NCBI GenBank assembly: GCA_020137815.1
Contig: CM035353.1
Location: forward strand, 6,448,001-6,512,000
Direction of reading: 5' to 3'
Length of the DNA: 64,000 bases
Source: Hormiphora californensis
Taxonomy: Eukaryota > Animalia > Ctenophora
Shown here: piece by piece, positions 53,606 through 64,000 of the stretch
Layout of the letters: each line of letters begins with the position of its first letter
Position numbering within the stretch: the first letter of the stretch is position 1
Translations under genes and position numbers: made by a program
The notes under the pieces: generated by a model
The model's database searches: none
What the model was told of the DNA's origin: nothing
Seen by the model: only the letters and a program-made list of their open reading frames with translations

Positions 53606-53785
53606 CCTCGACGTGAAATTCGACGAGAATCTCGACCTGGAATGAGGCGCGCATTCGTAGTGAGAGAGACACAAAGACTAGCGAGAGAAAAGAGTTGAAG
53701 CGCGACATCATTTTCTTACTGCGGCACATCTCTCTGATGCGCGGCTCATTCCAGGTCGAGATCTAGGTCGAATTTCACGTCGGAA
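53606..53785. mobile_element. Small foldback MITE truncating the hAT remnant
   Basis: CGACGTGAAATTCGAC..TCTCGACCTGGAATGAG ... CTCATTCCAGGTCGAGA..GTCGAATTTCACGTCG. TSD unclear. Confidence 0.6.
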
Positions 53786-54065
53786 TATGTCGGAGGACCA
53801 CTGTGAAATAGAGACCAGAGGGAACTGTTATATAGGAGAGAGGATTCGTTCTAGTGCTTTTTACCCATAATAATTGATTGTATTGAGAGATCCCACTTAA
53901 AAGTGGCAAAAGTGGCAAAGTAGCAAAAGTGGCAAAGTAGCAAAAGACAGGCTCCAACCAATACATGGTGGAATCTAGATTAATCTTCCGCCAGCGGCCA
54001 AAAATGCAACTAACGCAAATCTCACGAGGAGACACCATTGAGACTCCCCACCCCCTTTGCATATA

Positions 54066-55149
54066 CAGTCGGACCCCGATTTAGTGGCCCCCGATTTAGT
54101 GGCACCCCGATTTAGTGGCAGGATTTTTTTCCCAAAAAATTTTTTGAATTTTTTTTTGAAAAAAGCCACGTCCGAATCGTGTTTCGAATCAGTGAATCTT
54201 ATCGCATGTCCTGCTGCTAATTAGACGGTTCGGAACGAACCGATACGTGATCCCCATGGGGCCATTGAATCATAAGTTCGATTCGATGGAATCACGTTTC
54301 GATTCGTTTCGAACCGTCTAATTAGCAGCAGGACATGCGATAAGATGCACCGATTCGAAACACGATTTGGACGTGGCTGGTATACCTTTAAAAAATTTTA
54401 AAACTTTTTTTTGCAAAATTTTACAGTACGATTGTCAATGCTTTGATCGGTGCTCCCCATAAATTTTGAGAGAAAAAGTTATTTTGAAATTTTGATACTT
54501 CCTCACCCGCTTAGGGTGCCCCGACTCGGCATGGTATCACGTATCGGTTCGTTTCGAACCCGCTAATTAGACAGGACATCCAGGAAGCTGCACCGATTCG
54601 AAACACAAATCGGACGGGCTGGTATAACTTCGAAAATTGTTCACAATTTTTTTGAAAAATTTATTTCATAGTTTTCTATTTCTAATCAGAAATGATCATG
54701 TCATCAATACATGAATATTGCATATAACAGTTAGAGGTGTCTTTAGTCTTAGTATAGCATTTCGGGCATAGAATAGGTTTTTATGGGCCAAATATGGCTC
54801 ACCCCGATTTAGTGGCACCCCGATTTAAAGTCGAATTTTTTAATCAAGGGACAGGGGGCCGCGCATTTACAAAGTCTTTTTGCGCGTGCTAAATGTTTTT
54901 GCTCATATCTCCTCTTCCTGATAAGATAAAGACTTGATCTTGGTTGCGTTGAAAAGGTCTTAAAATTATCTTTCCAACGCTTCCGGGTTCAAGTCTTAAG
55001 ATTGCCAGGAACTTGATCTCGATTGTCACGCGCAAATACAACGCCGCGCGACCTCTCTGAATGCGCGGCCCCTGTCCCTTGATTAAAAAATTCGACTTTA
55101 GTGGCAGGATTTCTTTCCCCGAGGATGCCACTAAATCGGGGTCCGACTG
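54066..55149. mobile_element. pogo/Tigger-like MITE, TA TSD (same family as 50927-51542; partial copy at ~63530-63745)
   Basis: TA-CAGTCGGACCCCGATTTAGTGGC ... GCCACTAAATCGGGGTCCGACTG-TA. Confidence 0.85.
54828..55098. mobile_element. Nested MITE, AAGTC...GACTT ends, TA TSD
   Basis: AAGTCGAATTTTTTAATCAAGGGACAGGGG ... CCCCTGTCCCTTGATTAAAAAATTCGACTT splits a CCCGATT-TA-GTGGC repeat of the host MITE. Confidence 0.85.
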
Positions 55150-55429
55150 TAATATAAATCAGCAGAACTGAAAGCTAACATCACCACATATTCGACCCAA
55201 AACAAACTTGGTAGGGAATTTTACTGTTTAAAAAGGGTTAACAACAAGATTGAAGAAGTAAAAGGTACATCATATTCATATCTTATAAATCACTATTACT
55301 TCACCATGACTTGTTAGATAATGTACTATGAATGCTAATACCCTAACCAACTGCCAGCTGATTACTGAAAAGAGAGATATTGCGGTCTGTTGCAAAAGGA
55401 GTATTGGACCCGCCACCCATTACATCTCT

Positions 55430-55900
55430 ATTACAATTTAACAATCTTGCGGTAGAAAATGCTGAACCAAGAAATCTCAAACAACGATCAAAAGAGTGGT
55501 TCAGTTTTCGGGAGGGGTACACTCTTCGAGTGATCCTCTTTGGATTCTTTGGGTTAGATAAAGCTAAGGCTATTGAATCTGATATTCTAAAAACCTTTCT
55601 ATCTGTTCAGGTAACTAAAACATTTTTCTTCCCTCGAACTGTGTGTGTAATGTTGTAAAAAATGGTAGTGCGGGTAACTTAGCTGTTAGCGTTCAACTGT
55701 TTTACCACTTCTGTTTAGGGAAACATAGCTGCTGATATTGACGTTAATAGTCTGGATACAAAGACAGTAGATCAACTGAAGGAGATACTAAGGGATCTTT
55801 GTTTACCGTTATCCGTACCAACATATCTCCAACATATCTCGTGTTTACCTTGTTTACCGTTATTCGGGAAAAAGGAAGTTCTAAAGAGCCGGATACTATA
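55430..55900 (+). pseudogene. YqaJ-like exonuclease N-terminal fragment followed by a disrupted SAP domain
   Basis: LKQRSKEWFSFREG (Q.S..W...R) and LDTKTVDQLKEILRDLCLPLS[insertion]GKKEVLKSRIL. Confidence 0.5.
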
Positions 55901-57484
55901 TACGTAGAGATACGTAGAGATACGTAGAGATATTATATATGTAGAGAAGACAAACCAAGGCGACAACAACGGAGATGACCAGCACCAGGTATGTACATTG
56001 TATACAATAGCGATGGATTAAATTTATATTTGAGGCGAGGCAGCATATCGAAAATGCCATACATTTGGAGCGGGTGGCCATTGCAACTGCAACAGACCAA
56101 CTGAGGAAGAGAAGATGGTAGTGACTAGTGAGGCGAGGCTTTTCATATAGTAGGTATAAAGAAGAATATACTTACAAGAGTTCAAGCTTTATTATTATTA
56201 GTATTTAATAATATTTCTACATGCAATGACAACTTCTAACACAAACTACTAGGATGTGCTGTACAGTGTTCAGTGTTCACTGTTCACGGCGTGGGATACA
56301 GGGACATGTACGTGGGAGATCAACACCACTCCCAAAACAACTAACCCAAAAGTTTGAACTCCATGCAATTAGGTATGATGTTTTGAGAGAGGGACTGGTC
56401 AACTATTTACTGAAAAAGTACACTAAGTTCTCCTTTTATGACAAGGAAGATGCAAACAGCAGTTATGGGAAGGAAGAAGGGGAAAAACTGCAGGACACAT
56501 TGAGGCAGTATCTTCTGAAAAATGTTAGTTACGAGTTCATTTACAGCCTCCCCTATCACTGTCTGTCTGTCTGTCTGTCTGCACGAAGAAAAAATGAAGA
56601 AGACAGAGCGGGGAAGGATAATGGATATCATTATATTAAAAATTCTAATAAAAATAGTTACGAATTATATAATGCTCCATTTACGGCCTTTTTATTTTAT
56701 AAAAAACGGGGCGCACGAATGGTAGTCTAACTTGGCAAGACCATCGTAAATGTCTCTCTGAATTCATTCAAAACTGTAATATCCTTTTTCTGGTTAAATG
56801 AGTTTCGAGATACTCCATTAGCACACAAATTCCATTCCTACAACAAACACAACATGGCATGACAGCAAAGAGGGTATCCCTTACTGATCATTTCTGGTGT
56901 TAATGGACACATTGGAAATGAAAAGATTCCAGTTGTTTTGGAAGAAAGATCACGTAAGTTGGATGGAAGCGAAAGAGCTATATAAAGGCGATCCTGTAAT
57001 TGCAGTCGCCAGTAAGTTGGAATGGCCTCGGCTGTTCAGGGAAACTTCTTGCAAGGTAAATAGTTTCCTCCGAGTCCAATATTATACTACAAAAAGTCAA
57101 TTATACGTATATGTCACATATTTCCAATGATAATTATAGGTTTTTAGTTACCATCCCGTTAGATCTTATTATACGTGCAATAATTCTCCCAGGTCTACAG
57201 AAAGTTAATGGACAAACTTGCCTACTATTTTCAACTGCGACGAGAAAGGGGTCAGCACTGTTTCGATTCCCTAATATCATAAACGAGGGAACCCACGAGG
57301 AGGTCTATAAAGGAGAAGAAGTGGAGAACAGTGTAAGGTAAAACAAGAGGTGGATCAAGAGTTGTCAGGGACACCCTCAGCCACACGAAGGACCGCGAAT
57401 CTCTCAATTAAGTCATTCAATAGATGGAAGGGGATCTAACTAGCCCCCGGTTTCCATTAGGATTCCACAGCAGAGGTGGTGGAC

Positions 57485-59035
57485 CTGTCAAAAGATTAGT
57501 TCCACAAACTATGATTTATTTACAACACGATGCTAGATTCCTAGTGGAACACCCCAGGCCAACCAACACTGGAGGCAGCTTCCCACAAGCACAGGGTGCA
57601 CCAATCCAACCGCCGCACATAATCACTCCCCAGATGATGAGCCAGCAATAAGTTTAAAAAAAGTATGTTAGTTGATAAGATTCGATAATTACAGATGATC
57701 GAGAATTGAATTAGGAGTTTGTTATAGTTAGGAACACTAATAGAATTACTTGTGTTACGGTGAGTCTTAACCTCGTTCACTACCTAGATTGGATTTGGGC
57801 TAACAATTCACTTATACACGAGGCCTGTCGGCCGAAACCTGTTGAATATGAACCAGCGACAAGCAATAAGTTTAAAAAAAAAGTATATTACATTATAGTT
57901 GATAAGATTCGATAATTATAGATGATCGAGAATTGAATTAGGAGTTTGTTATAGTTAGGAACACTAATAGAATTACTTGTGTTACGGTGAGTCTTAACCT
58001 CGTTCACTACCTAGATTGGATTTGGGCTAACAATTCGCTTATACACAAGGCCTGTCGGCCGAAACCTGTTGAATATGAACCAGCGACACTCACCTCCGAA
58101 AATTAGTCCTCCTACACCAAAACGTGCAAAACTTCTTAAATGCATATTTTGTGATGGAAGGCAACGAAAGGCAAGTTTTTTACTGCTATTAATTACTATT
58201 AAAAAGGAAGGCATAAATAATAAACGTTTGAAGTTTTTAAAATTCAAAAACTTCAAAAACCTATAAACCAGGAAATGATCGAAGATTCAAGTATATATCT
58301 GGACTGTTTCAGATGTTGAAACTGTCATAGGAAAGGAAAATACCGCTGCATCTGCTGTGACGCTTCAAAATGCGTTGTCTTCGAGGGGCGATGCCCCACT
58401 ATTGTGAGAAAATCTATATGCTCCGGCTATTGGACCCACCCCCATGTTAAACGAGACGATGTACTATTTTCCGGCTCAGCGGAAATAGCCAACATGGCCC
58501 CAAAGAGCGATGCATGATCGAATGGAGCAAGAAACACGGCAAGAGGCTAGTCAGAACACTCCACCTGACGGCCAAACCCTCCGCTAAGCCAGAGATACTC
58601 GAGACCCTGTCAAAAGATTAGTTGCGCAAACTATGATTTATTTACAACACGATGCTAGATTCCTAGTGGAAGACCGCAGGCCAACCAACACTGGAAGCAG
58701 CTTCCCACAAGCACAGGGTGCACCAATCCAACCGCCGCACATAATCACTCCCCAGAGCCAGCAATAAGTTTAAAAAAAGTATATTACATAGTTCATAAGA
58801 TTCGATAATTATAGATGATCGAGAATGGGTCGAGAATTGAATTAGGAGTTTGTTATAGTTAGGAACACTAATAGAATTACTTGTGTTACGGTGAGTCTTA
58901 ACCTCGTTCACTACCTAGATTGGATTTGGGCTAACAATTCGCTTATACACGAGGCCTGTCGGCCGAAACCTGTTGAATATGAACCAGCGACACTCACCTC
59001 CGAAAATTAGTCCTCCTACACCAAAACGTGCAAAA

Positions 59036-59130
<95 letters not shown>

Positions 59131-59310
59131 GACGGCTGAAGTTTTTGAAGTCGACTTCAAAAACGTCAAAAACTAAAAAGGGTAGGAAAATTCAAAAACT
59201 TCAAAAACCTATAAACCAGGAAATGATCGAAGATTCAAGTATATATCTGGACTGTTTCAGATGTTGAAACTGTCATAGGAAAGGAAAATACCGCTGCATC
59301 TGCTGTGATG
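57485..59310 (+). repeat. Local tandem/segmental duplications of 0.2-0.45-kb blocks
   Basis: 57485-57860 ~ 58607-58990; 57860-58130 ~ 58758-59035; 58240-58360 ~ 59188-59308. Confidence 0.85.
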
Positions 59311-59582
59311 GAGGTCATAATTGACCTCTTTCTAACCACATAAGACCATATCATAGATTCCTCCACTTTTGAAATTGCTTCAATTTATCATATTCATTCT
59401 TGTTTCGCATTCATATTGACTCGCGAGAGGTTGAAAAATTAGTTGCCTTCATCATCGAAGTCTACGCCCCGGTAAGTAAATGTTTAACTGTTTTCTATCT
59501 TCAGGGCATGAGACGTATAACGGCGATTTTGGGAAGTTGTTAGCTGATATAAGAGATTTCGGTGTCAGGACATTTCCTATTA

Positions 59583-61143
<1,561 letters not shown>

Positions 61144-63829
61144 TACCCAACTGCGACAGACATCCTTCCAGAATTTTAACGTCAAAGAGCTTAACTACGA
61201 CCTCCAGCTTCTTGTGGAAATGGCTCAAGGGGTGTTAACTGGTATTTAAAAACTCGACATATTTAAACAACATTGAGATATAAATTTCTTCTAAGAATCT
61301 ATCAATACCCTATTCTTATATTTTTAGGTAATATTTCAGAGAGCCTGACAAAGAGGAAAATAGGAAGGGTGCATAACGATTAGGATTCCCTCTCCCGATT
61401 TCACCTCGCGGAGAGGACAGCAGTCCACCACCTGTACCCCAACGGGACCTGCAAGAGAGGATAACATCTAGATCGCACAAAGAGGCCCAACTCCCAAGGA
61501 TCTCTACTGGAGATTTAGAGGCTCCAGGTAAGAGCAATTTCGAATTCCCCCACCCAACAAAGAACCCCAAATAGCTTATCCTAACTTAACTTGGCTAAAT
61601 AAAACGAATATAACAATCAAACACTACCCAGGTATACACGTTAAGAGAGTAACGTATAAGACGAGCACGCAGAAACTGAACAACGAAGTTAAAGATCTCC
61701 ACATAGGGGCTGTCGGGGCAGATGCTGAAAGAGAAAAAAGGGTCAACCAGGCCCTCATGGCGCAGAAGGGAGAATTCGAAGCTTACTTACAACCACAACT
61801 CACCACACAAGCAAACGTCCTCAGAGCCCAGTTTCAAACGAAAATCAACGAACTAACCACGGGCAATGGATTCCTCAACTCCTCTGCCATTTTAGGTATC
61901 TTGTGGACCTTTAAACTGGGGGCTTAATTCATATCTCTTTTTGTTATAAAACAATCTTTCCATTTCATAACCACTAGTTTCAAGTGTACAACAACATAAC
62001 TATCCGACCCAAAAATTAGCTCATCACACGACACACTCATTTACTTGACTCACCAAATAATCGACAAACACGTATCACCATTGCCTAGTCAAGCCCATAG
62101 TTATAAGCATTCCCCACAAGTTTGGCGAAAAACCCCTCCACATCAAATAGCATTTTGCCCCACTGTGGTGTCCCCCAGGATACTCACAGAATAGCACTTC
62201 GGGAATGAACGTACAGCTATGTCAGGAGGTGTTGGTCTCAATTCAAGCTGTCTGAATTATAGAGTTATTTGCAATTGCGGAACAGAAGAAAAGAATCGAA
62301 TCAATAACTATGTCTGACTCTGCTTCCGAAACAGACTCCCTTATTTTGTATCTGAGGAAGCACAATATCTGGGATGTTTGCCCAAGCGATGATGATCATG
62401 AACTGGATGGGGGCTGAAGATGACATGGTAGATGATTCCACTAATGAAGGCCCTTCATTTGAGACTAATCCCTTCATTGAAGGGATTATTCTCAAACCCC
62501 AACTCAGTCTTTTTCTATTAGATATTATGTATAATATCTTTCTATACAGAACGTTTTTAGAATAACAATTTCTAACTGTGGGTCGTACCGGGTCGTACTC
62601 ATTTTATATCTTGAGATTTATCACTTTATCATCTTTTTAATGTATTCTTTTTTCTGTTGGTCAATCATCTTTTTTTGATCACTTTGAACTTCAAAGTTTG
62701 GAGTTATTTTATTTTCAAATTGTCATCTTTTAATTCTCCTTGCTTTTCCTTTTTTGCTGAAGGTATTACACATATTTCAAACTAAAATTCTTTTAAGTTT
62801 TTGCATGTTTCCTTAGCTACTTATATTGGCTACATATTAATTATCCGTATCACTTGCATTATCCTGCATACACATGGTTTTATTATATCTGTTTTGCACG
62901 CTCTGTATCCCTGGACATTTATCACTATTTTGAATATTAATTATAATTATCATGGTAGAGAGAGTGCAAGTGTGTGGTAAGGATGTGCACTTACATAACC
63001 ATTGTGTTTTCAATGACCTTTGCCAAAAGTTGGTGCACGGAAAGTGCCTGAACCTTGATATATTGACTCTCGTAGCACTTTAAATGGGACGTAATGTCAA
63101 AGGAGGAAACTCAGAGGAAGAGGTGATAAAGGTCAAATGGCAGGCCCAAAACAAATCGGACTGAGGTCTCCAGAAGTCTGAAAATTGCAATGGACTTAGG
63201 GAATAAGGTAATAGGGGGGGGGGTCGTCATGTTAATTTTGTTAATGTTTTGTTAATTAACAAACGACCCTTGGTGAAACATTAACAAAATTAACAAAATT
63301 AACAAAATTAACAAAAATCGCGTTTTAGATGTTTTTAGTCGGTTTATAGCTGTTTTATGTGTTTTTGGGTGTGTTTAGGTGTTTCTATCATAAACTCACT
63401 ATCTCCCATGGCAGATATTTCATAGCTAGGATAGTTGTTTGGATTTTATCAAAGGTTTTGAGGTAAGAAAATAGTCATTATAACAAAGGCGGGTATACGA
63501 GTAAAGAACACCAGTTTAATGTATAAACTGGTTTTTATGGGCCAAATATGGCTCACCCTGATTTAGTGGCACCCCGATTTAGTGGCAGGGATTTCCCCCC
63601 AAAAATTTTTTTGTGAAATTTTCTTGAAATTTTTTTAAAAGGAATACCAGCCACGTCCGATTCGTGTTTCGAATCGGTGCATCTTATCGCATGTCCTGCT
63701 GCTAATTAGACGGTTCGGAACGAACTGAAACGTGATCGCCATCGAATCGAAATGGGGGGTGGGGGGTACGACCCCAAAAAATCAAACTTTTTCCAAAACC
63801 CAGGGTATGGTTGGTTTTTTTTGGTGACC

Positions 63830-63972
63830 TACAACTATGGCTCATGCAACTATGGCTCATAAAATCTATGAGCCATAGATGCATGCAACTATGGCTCATA
63901 GATTTTATGAGCCATAGATGCATACAACTATGGCTCATAGAAATGTGATCTGATTAGGTTCTATGAGCCAAA
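63830..63972. repeat. Direct and inverted CTATGGCTCAT repeats, probable transposon subterminal region
   Basis: CTATGGCTCAT and ATGAGCCATAG alternate about 7 times near the window end. Confidence 0.6.
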
Positions 63973-64000
63973 GCTAGTGAGAGTGAGTGACACGTGAGTG

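Noticed and set aside
59037-59128. ~90-nt poly-G giving poly-Gly/poly-Pro ORFs
   Set aside because: The length is probably an assembly or sequencing artefact, and the ORFs are spurious.

Overview
Eukaryotic (animal) genomic DNA, most likely from a ctenophore. That assignment is inferred from recall of the sushi-associated 'IPWDLE.T.LQIKT...VDKIWTI' domain and is not verified. I can support only one intact-looking host gene: a minus-strand, five-plus-exon gene at about 5.8-8.5 kb encoding signal peptide-[~140-aa domain]-sushi-[~140-aa domain]-sushi. The rest is a dense, nested transposon landscape. It holds more than 15 foldback/MITE elements with readable target-site duplications, degenerate fragments of hAT, PIF/Harbinger, Tc1/mariner, Transib/Chapaev (RAG1-like), Academ-like, THAP, RecQ, YqaJ and SAP coding sequences, local segmental duplications and minisatellites. 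The most striking structure is a Helentron/DINE-like non-autonomous element present three times. In two copies its central (TA/TATG) microsatellite has independently received a head-to-tail array of different small Helitron-type units (TC...CTAG|TC...CTAG; 3 and 6 units). The two arrays lie in opposite orientations relative to the host yet keep the same subfamily order, like a cassette array. No RNA genes or CRISPR arrays are supported.
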